64,000 bases of DNA from a virus. The stretch is taken from IMG/VR virus record IMGVR_UViG_3300037247_001689, positions 1-64,000 of that record. One strand, 5' to 3'. The notes under the pieces are model-generated. The model made no database searches. It was not told the origin of the DNA and worked only from the letters and a program-made list of their open reading frames with translations. The position numbers were made by a program, and so were the translations under genes. Below, one piece after another: positions 52,760 to 62,572 of this stretch (its first letter is position 1; each line of letters opens with the position of its first letter).

Positions 52760-54735
52760 ATGTCTGAATTAGAAGTAGGGTGTAAGGCTATTGTGATTGG
52801 TGGTATGCCTGATAATGTTGGTAAAATAGTAACCATTTTATTGTTTATTGGGACTGACGACAAAGAAGATGGGATCAAAGGCAACGATATCTGGGAAACG
52901 GACACCAAACTAACGGTTGGTCATTTTGATAATATAAATATACCTGATGGTAAATCAGTTTTGGAAAATGCCGTAAATATGCGTCGAATCGACGACCACA
53001 ACACAGACGAATATTTCCAAAAAGAATTAAGTCTAACAACACATTAAGGATATTATGAACAAATACGCAATTGCTTTTTATGTGATTATAATTGGCGTGA
53101 TGTTGTATTTCCTGCCTGATTTGATAAGATTAAGAATAAAATTTGACACATGGATTTTAGGATTTTTTAGCTAACAATACATTAAAAAACAAATGGCACT
53201 TATCGAAATTGGAAAATACAATAAACTGCCCCATTACGAATTAATCGGGAAAGGAACGGATTTTTATGTATGGATTAATGAAGACGGTAGAGGTGAATCT
53301 TCAAAGTGGATTAAGGGGAGAACAGCGTCAAAAGAATACTATAAAATAAAGAATGAAAAAGATAAAAATAAACAGATTCAAATGATAAAAGAACTTTACG
53401 CTCGGTATGAAAAAATAACACACTAATAAAGGATGATATATGAGAACAGTATGGAAATGTGACTTCTGTCATAAAACAAATGATGATTCAAATTATATGG
53501 CTGATCATGAGGAAGAATGTAGTTACAACCCTAAAAATAAACTATGTTGGACGTGTTATCACGCGAAAGATAATCCAAATCAATACCCTTTCGGTGGCAC
53601 ACTGTTTCTATGCCTGAATAAAAAAGTCGAGTCCGATTATATGCACGATGTTATTGAAGAAAATAAACCATGTAATTATTGGGAGACTAAGCAATGAAAA
53701 GTCAGACAATAACACTTATTATATTACAACTAGTTTTAATCTTTATCGGGGCTTGTAGACCAGATGAGCTAAAAATATATGATTATTACATAGGTTCTTT
53801 GCTTGGGGCAGTGCTATCCTTCTCAAATATGGCTATTTATAAAATTCAAAACAGGGCGGGTAAATGAAAAAACTCTTAATTTTAATTATTATATTAATGG
53901 TTCCTTTGGTTGGATTTGGAAATTGCGGGACAATAGAACATAATTACAAAAAGTATACTAGCGTCATTTCAGTCTATTGGGTTAGGGCAATCAATATGGA
54001 GAAAGGTAAGAAAACCATTAATGTGTTTACTACGGACACGATGTCTAGTTGGGTAAGGCTCGATTTCAAAACAAAAAAAGAGACAGTGGCGTATTTTGAT
54101 AATTTGGTGATAAAAATGAATCAGTGCAAATTCAAATAAAAGGATAACTATGAGAATGTGTATAATAATATCATGTATTTTATATTGGTTTATTGGTGGG
54201 TTTGACAGCCAGATTTACAATAATGATTTTTATAACGCTTTTAAGCCCGCTACGTTGATATATTGCTTTGTCTGTTTCATTCAAGCTATTGAAAAAGATT
54301 TCTCACAAATAAAAGGATAACTATGTCACAAAGTAAATTAGTAAAAGCGATTGATATTCTAGCGTGTAAATGGATGGCGTTTGGATTTATGACAGGTATG
54401 TCCTGTGGTGGCATGTTGGTATTTATTGCTATCCATTATTTAGGAAAAGGATAAATATGGATAAATCAAAAATAGGTGTTAACGAAAGGCCAATGCCGAC
54501 AACAAAATGTCCAACGTCAAGACCAAATAAAACTATGGATAAATGGATTAAAGAATCAGAAAACAATGCAAGGGTATACGGCCCGATATATGATGAAGGT
54601 GATTTAATAAGCAGAAAACCTTCCGTTGTTTACGCAGTGAGTGATAGTACAAACGAAATAGACTTAAAGGGAGAATTTACAATTGAACATCTAGAGGCTT
54701 TAGTTTCACACATGAAAAAATATAATAAGGAGTGA
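52760..54735 (+). CDS. block of small ORFs, including unlisted membrane peptides 53694-53867, 54150-54320 and 54323-54454
   Basis: AAGGAT-type RBSs; hydrophobic segments; last ORF starts at 54457. Confidence 0.65.
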
Positions 54736-54884
54736 GTATATTTTTAAAACGAAAATTATAATCACGGTGCAGTAAGCGAGACTTATTTTACGGCGCTACC
54801 CAATTGAACTAGTCGAGCCTATGTTGGTATAAAAAATTGCTTTGGGGACTGCACTTAATTATTAAATGTAAACAGTGGATATTT

Positions 54885-55679
54885 ATGAAAACAATCCTAA
54901 CAATAATCATAATACTAATTTCAAGTAGTTCATCAGCCTTTGAAATCCCCAAAAATAAAAGAATTGATCATTGGGTTAATTATTTCCAAGGCAGACATTT
55001 CTTCCAAAAAGCATTGAATAAATCAGCACTATACCGTCCTAAAATCGTCTCTATTTTCGAGAAAAAAGGATTACCTAGCGAATTATCGTGGTTACCACTT
55101 ATCGAATCAGTTTATGATTGTTCGGCACTTAGTGAAGCGAAAGCGGCGGGATGTTGGCAAATTATGGATAAAACAGGCAAGTCGCTTGGTTTAAAAAATG
55201 GTCCGTGGGAAGACCAGAGATACAACTTTGAAAAGTCCACCAACGCAGCGGCAGTCTATTTAAAAAAATTACACAGACGATTCGGAAGGTGGGAATTAGC
55301 AATTGCAGCTTACAACTATGGGCCGACAGCATTACATAAGAAAGTAAAAAAGATTGGCAACGATTTCTGGGAATTGAAATTACCACAAGAGACAATGGAT
55401 TATGTACCGAAATTTTACGCAGTGATCGTGATTGTTTCGGATTTACAAAAATACGGATTTACAAAACCAAAGAACCGGTTCGTCACGGTAAAATTAAAGA
55501 AAGGCTCTCATAATTTACGGTATATTGCAAAACTTTTGAGGGTTAAATATAGAGATTTTGAGAACTTAAATCCAGGTTTTAAGGTCGGGTATACTTCACC
55601 AGATAGGCAGATAACTCTGTTTTTACGGAAGGATTGGAATTATAAGGTGCTTAATAATTTCGGGTTTTTGGAGAATTAA
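54885..55679 (+). CDS. MltD-like lytic transglycosylase (SLT) with signal peptide
   Basis: LPLIES...AAGCWQIM..TG..LGL...AIAAYN.GP...LP.ET..YVPK. Confidence 0.9.
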   Translation: MKTILTIIIILISSSSSAFEIPKNKRIDHWVNYFQGRHFFQKALNKSALYRPKIVSIFEKKGLPSELSWLPLIESVYDCSALSEAKAAGCWQIMDKTGKSLGLKNGPWEDQRYNFEKSTNAAAVYLKKLHRRFGRWELAIAAYNYGPTALHKKVKKIGNDFWELKLPQETMDYVPKFYAVIVIVSDLQKYGFTKPKNRFVTVKLKKGSHNLRYIAKLLRVKYRDFENLNPGFKVGYTSPDRQITLFLRKDWNYKVLNNFGFLEN

Positions 55680-55685
55680 AATTAA

Positions 55686-55730
55686 ATAACTTATTATTTA
55701 CTTGACGGATTCCGACAAATTAAATAATAT
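55686..55730 (+). promoter_or_regulatory. promoter/operator cassette (copy 4)
   Basis: TTGACG 55702, 17-bp spacer, TAATAT 55725-55730. Confidence 0.8.
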
Positions 55731-55782
55731 TGAGACAAGTTAAACGAATTAAACCAAAAACACTTAATTGGGGAATTAAGAA

Positions 55783-56867
55783 ATGACTAAAAAAATAAGA
55801 ATTTATGTAAGCCAGTATGGAAGTATTTACTCTCTAAAAATAAATGAATGGGTTAGTATTGTAAAAGAAGCTGTTAAGACTGGAAGTTATGAATTAACAA
55901 GTAAAAGATTAAAGTCAAAGCCAGCTTGTTTAAGAATTGATGGATATGGTCATTATTATTCTATACAATCGGATAAAGAATTAATTGAACCGCTTGACTG
56001 GGATTGTGAAGATTTTAAAAACTGGGCGGAGTCACACTATGAAGAAATGGCTGCTTAGCTTAACCGGCAACGAAAAACCGCTGAAAATAGTAGGCGGTTT
56101 AACTTTTAAAATTGAGAATAAAATGATTAAAGATGATAAAAACGAAAAGACAACACCAAAGAAAAAAGCTCAGGATATTTTAATGGACAAGGTTTCTGTG
56201 GCACTTGGATATTGGACAGAAGGCGATTATGATTCAGAAGTCATGACAGTAAAAGAAAGGGTTGAGGTACAAAGGCAAATGAAAATTCAGGCTGACAGAA
56301 TAGCTAAAATGTTTGGTTTTGACGAAGCGTGGGAAAGCTAATGATAAAATTAAAAAAATATAAAACATGTAAATTTACATCTGGGTCTTATCATTGTTGG
56401 GAATATAAAGTATGTTCTGGTGAAGATGAAAAAGAAGAAAAAAGGGCATGCATATTGATGAAATTAATTAAAAAAAATAAAATTATTGGGCTAAGTCTCC
56501 GTGAATGGAAATATTTTAAACATCAAAATTTCATGTATCATATTTCAGGAATGGAAATGAGGGAATTGTCAAAATGGTAGAATGGATTAATGAAATTATA
56601 AACAACAACCAACCGCTGAATATAGTTGGCGGCTTAACTTTTAAAACTGGGTGTAAAATGGCTATAGTATTTAAGAAAACATCAAAAGGATATGAATACA
56701 GAACAAGCTACAAAAAGCATATTACGTCAGAGTGGAAACTTGATATTTATAAATCGAGTGATTTAAAAGGGTGGATAGTTTATTTTTACAAGTATGGAGA
56801 ATTTTTTAAAAAACAGCCATTAAATAAACTGACAGCAGTAAAAGAATTTATAAAAAATAATATCTAA
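55783..56867 (+). CDS. four small hypothetical ORFs (55783, 56123, 56341, 56658)
   Basis: Downstream of the promoter cassette; starts adjusted to ATGs after the repeated hairpin. Confidence 0.6.
56076..56648 (+). repeat. ~38-bp imperfect direct repeat containing a hairpin
   Basis: AACCGCTGAAwATAGTwGGCGGyTTAACTTTTAAAA at 56076 and 56611. Confidence 0.8.
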
Positions 56868-56873
56868 CAATTC

Positions 56874-56905
56874 CCCTACGGTAACGGATAAAGCCGACCG
56901 TAGGG
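56874..56905. terminator. hairpin between convergent genes
   Basis: CCCTACGGT...ACCGTAGGG. Confidence 0.6.
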
Positions 56906-56916
56906 TTCTAATCTAA

Positions 56917-57597
56917 TTAAGGACCAATCTTAATCGCCGACTGCTCAGTAAAACCAATTTTCTTCCTAACAGTTGGCGTTTGAACAATATCATTTGAAGT
57001 CTTAACCGATATCTTTAAATCCATAAATCTAGATCCAAAGCTTTCCGTTTCGGTTCCAGATACAAGCAACCTAAAATATTGAAAAGTATCCATCTCAGCC
57101 AGTAACAATATTTGATCATCCCCGCCAGCTTCTCCATCGCCTCTGTCAGTCACATTTGAAGTTGCTTTATAGATCGTGGTCGTTCCATCTGTTAATTCAA
57201 TGGAAACTTTTAAGCCGGACGAGTTAGAATCAATTCTGAATTCTGGTTGCCAGTCATCTGCTTTATTTACTGTTTGCTCCCAGATATTAATATCGAAAGG
57301 AATTTGTAGGAATGTGCTTGGTATACTTGCGAAGGAATCAATATCAATTTGTTTTGCATTCAACTGATTTGTCATTGTCCAAGTATACTCTTCATATCCT
57401 ACTGGAAATGAATCAAGGTTAGCATAGGGCCATTGAAAAATACCCGTTGTTCCAAATTGTACGCATACCGTGTCTGCTAATAATGCTGGGGTAACATCAT
57501 TCCTTTCTTTATCAAATAATTGAATAGTCACGGTGTCCCCATTTGCGAACAAAGCTTGAGCATGTGCATCTTGAATGTCTTTTAGATTGAGTTCCAT
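56917..57597 (-). CDS. probable virion structural protein
   Basis: Acidic and beta-rich; follows the fibre gene. Confidence 0.5.
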   Translation of the reverse strand: MELNLKDIQDAHAQALFANGDTVTIQLFDKERNDVTPALLADTVCVQFGTTGIFQWPYANLDSFPVGYEEYTWTMTNQLNAKQIDIDSFASIPSTFLQIPFDINIWEQTVNKADDWQPEFRIDSNSSGLKVSIELTDGTTTIYKATSNVTDRGDGEAGGDDQILLLAEMDTFQYFRLLVSGTETESFGSRFMDLKISVKTSNDIVQTPTVRKKIGFTEQSAIKIGP

Positions 57598-57606
57598 TGT
57601 TTCCTT

Positions 57607-60600
57607 TTAGGTTGTCACTTTACTGGTTCTTATGATTGGGTGATCAGCGCTATCAGTGATATCTTCCCAATCTTCCCCGACGAATAAACCGCTTGGTGGT
57701 GTAATCAAAGTTCCTGTTTTTCTAGATACAAATTCCATGGCTGTTTCAGATTCGTTAACATATAAAACCTTCCCTTTTTGCCCTGTATAACTTGATGGCG
57801 TATCGGTTAACCCTGGTAATGTTAAAACTCCTGTTCCTCCAGCACCGCCTCCTGCTGTCGTATTCGGTATTTTCCCCCTGAGATCTTCAGTGTCATATAA
57901 TGACCATGATGTCCCGCCTGGCTGTAATACAAATGTAAACCTTGCGATTAAAAACCCGACACCTCTAAAACCGATAGGGATATCATAAACGGAAAAATTA
58001 GAAGCGTCTGATACTGCATTTGCAGGTATATTTTTTGAATAAGACCCAACGGGCAAATTTAACATTAAATGGGATGTTTGTCCTGTTCTGTTTTGGACTC
58101 CCCACACCACAAAACTAAAACTTGAATTTGATAATGTTGCGCCTAACGCATCTAAAATTTCACTGTTAAGATTATTTATGGTTAAATAAGGTGTCACAGA
58201 ATGATTAATAACATGCATGTCGTCACCTGTCTGCATGTCAAAAGATGGAAAATCTTGTTTATGAATTTGGTATGCCTTCCCAGATGTGGTCGAAACCCAA
58301 ACGTCATCTGGAGTAGAACCTTCGTCAATCGTAACTGATCCTTCTACACCGCTATGGTAAACAGATTGCATTTGGCGCATTCTTTCTGTGATATGTGAAA
58401 GATGGCCTTGAAAAGAAGTAGTGCTTTCTATGTGATCATTCCAATTGTGATTTTTCAGAGCATCATCAGTTTGAGTTGTCGCGGCAGTTCTTAAGATAAC
58501 AGAAGCTACTTTTATGTGTTCTGCTGTCGGCCAGTCAGATGTGCTGGTCGTTAAAACCTTTGTGCTTTTAGGAATGTATATAAAATTCTCTTGTGGTATG
58601 TCATCTGTACCAGGAGTTAAAACTATTGTTGCAGAAGGGGTCGCGGTAAACATCGTAAACCCGTCACTAAATATCATAGTTATATCAGGGTGCCCGTTTT
58701 CAGGGGAAAGACTACCCGTGATGACTGCACCATTGCTTGAGACTGTAAAATTAATTGCCTCTCTGAATGTTCCGTTCCAAAAATTTACTACTGTATCCTC
58801 TGGCTCTCCGTTGGCATTAATAAAGAAAGATCCAGTCACAGCGTCAGTCTTAGTTACTCCCCCCATCATGATTGAATAATCTGGGAATTCTGGCTTTGTG
58901 TCCGTTAAGTCACCCGCGACTGTAGAGCTTACCCAAATTGGCGAACCCTCAGTTAGCGATGATGTATCAACGCCACGAACTCTCCCAAAACGTGTTGCTA
59001 ATCCGAAAGATTCATCTGGAATATCCATGGTTGTAACATATTTTGAAACAGATATGGTTTCGTGAGTGTCTGATATCATTTTTTCAATCGAAGGGCGTTC
59101 CATAAAAGTAGTAACTGGATATACAGCCTTCCCATTTTCAATCAAACTTCCAGAATCGTTATAGACAATAGTGTATAATTCTTGACCGACTTGAAGAACC
59201 GGACCTAACCCTGTTATTATATCAATCGTGAAATCGTCAGAATTCCATGATAATACGTCATCAGGAGCACCTGTTAATTTTACAGAATCAAAAACATGTG
59301 CTTCAACTTTTTCTTCTGTATAATACTTATTTATTCCTTCCGTTATATCGTCAGTATCGAGGGTTATGATACCTGTTTTGCCGGATACGCTTTGAACCAG
59401 ATCTTCACTTGGTATTTTTTCCCAAATTAACCCTGAGTAAATCAAGGCATCGCCAGGTGCGACTTTAATATTTCCAGACCCGAAATCATGCGTACCGGAA
59501 ACTGAGTTTTTATAAAAATCTCCTAAATCGCCTGTTCCATCAATTAAAGTTGGCGTATTTGTAATGATATTATAGGCACCTTTATAATCCATTACTGAAG
59601 CTGGTAATTGTGCAGCTGGGATTTTACTTCCAGAATCTAAAGTTGCCACACCATTTGCGGATCCTTTTTGTGAAAGTGGTATTTGCTGAACGTTGTCAAC
59701 ATTCCCAAGGTCGACTTGTGTTTTCGTAACATTGTGGGGATCGTCGGTCGCGATTCTATGTGCGTTATTTAACACCACGTCAGAGTGGTTTTTACCATCA
59801 GAAGTACGATGCGTATCATTTAGAGCGACATTAGTATGGTCAGACCCATTCCCTGCTCTATGAGAATTATTTAGAACAACATCAGAGTGATCTTTACCAT
59901 CACTTCCTGTGTGGGTCGTGTTTAATGCGACATTAGTATGGTCAGACCCATTCCCATTGCGGTGAGTATTGTTTAACACAACATCACCATGACTTTTTCC
60001 GTCTGCGTCTCTGTGAAGGGTATTTGAGTTAACATTCGTATTGCTGTTAACCCGTGATTCTGTATAATAAAGATTAACATTTTCATCGATATCATTTGTG
60101 TCGAGGACAACCGCCCCTGTTTGTTCATTAACTGATTGAACAGATGCAGGAGAAGGGATGTCTTCCCAAATCAAACCATTGTATATTAATGAATCACCTT
60201 CTGATACTGCAACATTACCTGACCCAAAGTCTCTTGTACCTGCGACACTACAGATAAAATAGTCCCCGTTAGTTCCTGTTCCATCTATAACAGTAGGTGT
60301 GTTCGTGACAATATTATATGTACCTAAATAAGTCTGTGGGGATGTCGGTAGTAATGCGATTGGAACCTTGCCGTCTCCACCAAGAGGTGTATATCCGTTT
60401 GCTTGACCTTTTTCAGCTAGATTCTCAGCAGTATATCCAAGTGCATCTTGTTTACCATTCCAAGTTGATTTCTCAGAATCTGAGACGAACCGGTTATTTA
60501 AATCTTGAGTGATAATTGCAGGGGGATGGTTAACGGGGTGAGAATAATTATTAGCATTTTCATCAATATCTGCCAGTTTAGTTTCTTCTTCAGTCGTATA

Positions 60601-60759
60601 ACTTGCAGTGTCGCCGTCCAATATCGCTTTATTTGTGTGTGAATGCCCTAATGCTTCCTCCCATGCAACATCGCCGGGATTTGATGATTGTTTGACCAAA
60701 TGCTCACCAGTATTCCCGTCTTGGGGTAGTTCTTTTGATCCTAACGTCGGTCTACTCAT
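57607..60759 (-). CDS. fibre protein (tail or head fibre) with duplicated modules and His-rich repeats
   Basis: DPHNVTKTQVDLGNVDN, KG.ANG...L...KIP.A.LP, VQSV...TG...LDT.DI.E..N.YYTE twice. Confidence 0.8.
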   Translation of the reverse strand: MSRPTLGSKELPQDGNTGEHLVKQSSNPGDVAWEEALGHSHTNKAILDGDTASYTTEEETKLADIDENANNYSHPVNHPPAIITQDLNNRFVSDSEKSTWNGKQDALGYTAENLAEKGQANGYTPLGGDGKVPIALLPTSPQTYLGTYNIVTNTPTVIDGTGTNGDYFICSVAGTRDFGSGNVAVSEGDSLIYNGLIWEDIPSPASVQSVNEQTGAVVLDTNDIDENVNLYYTESRVNSNTNVNSNTLHRDADGKSHGDVVLNNTHRNGNGSDHTNVALNTTHTGSDGKDHSDVVLNNSHRAGNGSDHTNVALNDTHRTSDGKNHSDVVLNNAHRIATDDPHNVTKTQVDLGNVDNVQQIPLSQKGSANGVATLDSGSKIPAAQLPASVMDYKGAYNIITNTPTLIDGTGDLGDFYKNSVSGTHDFGSGNIKVAPGDALIYSGLIWEKIPSEDLVQSVSGKTGIITLDTDDITEGINKYYTEEKVEAHVFDSVKLTGAPDDVLSWNSDDFTIDIITGLGPVLQVGQELYTIVYNDSGSLIENGKAVYPVTTFMERPSIEKMISDTHETISVSKYVTTMDIPDESFGLATRFGRVRGVDTSSLTEGSPIWVSSTVAGDLTDTKPEFPDYSIMMGGVTKTDAVTGSFFINANGEPEDTVVNFWNGTFREAINFTVSSNGAVITGSLSPENGHPDITMIFSDGFTMFTATPSATIVLTPGTDDIPQENFIYIPKSTKVLTTSTSDWPTAEHIKVASVILRTAATTQTDDALKNHNWNDHIESTTSFQGHLSHITERMRQMQSVYHSGVEGSVTIDEGSTPDDVWVSTTSGKAYQIHKQDFPSFDMQTGDDMHVINHSVTPYLTINNLNSEILDALGATLSNSSFSFVVWGVQNRTGQTSHLMLNLPVGSYSKNIPANAVSDASNFSVYDIPIGFRGVGFLIARFTFVLQPGGTSWSLYDTEDLRGKIPNTTAGGGAGGTGVLTLPGLTDTPSSYTGQKGKVLYVNESETAMEFVSRKTGTLITPPSGLFVGEDWEDITDSADHPIIRTSKVTT

Positions 60760-60831
60760 GTCGTATATATATAGAAGGTTAACGATTTAGTTTTCTTCTA
60801 ATATTTCACTACATATATATAGAATCAAACG

Positions 60832-61032
60832 CTATATCGATTCTAATTTAGATAAAACCCTCTGATCACTACTTTTTAACCTCGTTTTTACCCACGAAAG
60901 GGAACGTGGTTCCTTTGTTTCCGAATTTATAAAAACATTGTCGTTTAAAGCTTTCCTGATCAATTTCTCTAAAGACATATCCTTTTTGACTGCTAATATT
61001 TTTGCTTTTTGATGTACGCTTAATTCATCCAT
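60832..61032 (-). CDS. ribbon-helix-helix-like protein
   Basis: SVHQKAKILAVKKDMSLEKLIRKAL. Confidence 0.55.
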   Translation of the reverse strand: MDELSVHQKAKILAVKKDMSLEKLIRKALNDNVFINSETKEPRSLSWVKTRLKSSDQRVLSKLESI

Positions 61033-61155
61033 AAATATCTGTGTTTGCGGTTAGTGTTACGTTTACGTTTTAAATAATCCAAATTTACCGCTTATCCGTT
61101 TGCATTTCAAACAGCATTTATAGATATAATACAGAAAAACTTAACAGATAGGACT

Positions 61156-61875
61156 ATGAACAAATTAAACATCATACCGAGAAGAGACCAGCAACGGTTT
61201 ATAAAGGATACAAAGGGAATCGTTTTGCATTATGCGATTCGGTCCTGTCCTTGTGACGGTGTTAATTGTTCTGTTTGTGGCGGTAAAATGAAATATTATG
61301 ATGACCCTGTTCCGATTAATGCCGCAATTTTAGCTGGTAACAATTCTAGCAAAAAAGAAGCGAGAATGGCAAATATTGATATGGGGAATTATCAGTTAAT
61401 TGTAGAAGGTAGATTTGCACTTGCGAAACATGATCGTGTTAAACCATTTGGAACCAGAGAATTTGAACAATTGGATGAGATATTATTGGTCGAACAATCC
61501 ATTTTAACATTCACCCCAATTCATCCACGATTAGTAACAATTAGTTTTGTAAATCAGAGTAGCGGTGTTTTAAGCTATGAAGGTGATAAAGATTTTACAT
61601 TTGATCTTGAGTCAAAAAATGGTGGACCACCTGTCTATTCGAAAGAAATTAAATGGTTAACGGATCCGGCAATTGGTCAGAAAAAATTCTCAGTTAGATA
61701 TCAACATTATCCTGAATATGAAATTCAAGAGATTCCTTCAGCGAGATTTAGCGAAGGCCAAAAATTAATGCAAAAAATACCACTGTCAAAAATAACGCTG
61801 ACGGGGAATATAAAAACAAAATCAAATGAGAAGTCAGTAGATGCAGTTATCGGCGGGGGTATGAAATATGTTTGA
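61156..61875 (+). CDS. neck / head-closure-like virion protein
   Basis: CPC...CSVCGG motif; located at the head operon. Confidence 0.55.
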   Translation: MNKLNIIPRRDQQRFIKDTKGIVLHYAIRSCPCDGVNCSVCGGKMKYYDDPVPINAAILAGNNSSKKEARMANIDMGNYQLIVEGRFALAKHDRVKPFGTREFEQLDEILLVEQSILTFTPIHPRLVTISFVNQSSGVLSYEGDKDFTFDLESKNGGPPVYSKEIKWLTDPAIGQKKFSVRYQHYPEYEIQEIPSARFSEGQKLMQKIPLSKITLTGNIKTKSNEKSVDAVIGGGMKYV

Positions 61876-62572
61876 TGATAGCAATGTTATGCTTAATTTC
61901 TGGATTACAGATATCGGGGATTTAGAACTTGAAAAAAGTCTTGGAAGCGGTGCAAGGATACTTGGTGGTTACGCAGCTGGAACCACGAAAGATTTTCAAG
62001 ATGAACAAATGATAATGAAAGGGATGGATTTTAATTATTTGAAATCTAATCAGGGCGTTATTAACTGGGATCATCAAAAACGAATGATCATTGGAAAGCC
62101 AATACCTTCGTTCGTCGGGATGGTAGCAGGAAAAGGACTGTATGTAAAAGGTATTTTATCTCAAAAATCTGATTATCCAAATCCAAACCATCCAGATACA
62201 CAAAAAGCATTAGAGCAAGCTGAGTGGGCATGGGATCATGCAATGAGATATAAAAGCAATCCTAATTCAGTACCACCCTTGGCATGGTCAATCGAAGGTC
62301 AGATGGTTAAAAAAGGTAACATGATTTATAAGTCAATGGCAACAGCAGTCGCTTTGACCGATAAAGCGATTAACCCTCATGATTGTACAGTAACAGCACT
62401 TGCGAAATCATTTGCTGAACAGGAAAAAGAGGACACGACGAACATTTTAGTTTCAAAAGGTTTTGATCCTTCGGATATTACAAACCATAGAAAATATCAA
62501 TTATTTTGTAAAAGCATCGGCTTGTCAGTCGATCAATCAGAAATCCTTTTATTTAAAATAAGGAGTTTATAA
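61868..62572 (+). CDS. prohead protease
   Basis: ILGGYA....D.QDE.....G.D..Y....G.INWDH...IIG.P...GLYVKG.L...WSIEG...VALT..AINP. Confidence 0.9.
   Translation: MFDDSNVMLNFWITDIGDLELEKSLGSGARILGGYAAGTTKDFQDEQMIMKGMDFNYLKSNQGVINWDHQKRMIIGKPIPSFVGMVAGKGLYVKGILSQKSDYPNPNHPDTQKALEQAEWAWDHAMRYKSNPNSVPPLAWSIEGQMVKKGNMIYKSMATAVALTDKAINPHDCTVTALAKSFAEQEKEDTTNILVSKGFDPSDITNHRKYQLFCKSIGLSVDQSEILLFKIRSL

Noticed and set aside
55985-56657. Shared peptide PL.IVGGLTFK at the N-termini of ORFs 55985 and 56574
   Set aside because: It is a translation of the non-coding hairpin repeat; the true starts are more likely 56123 and 56658.
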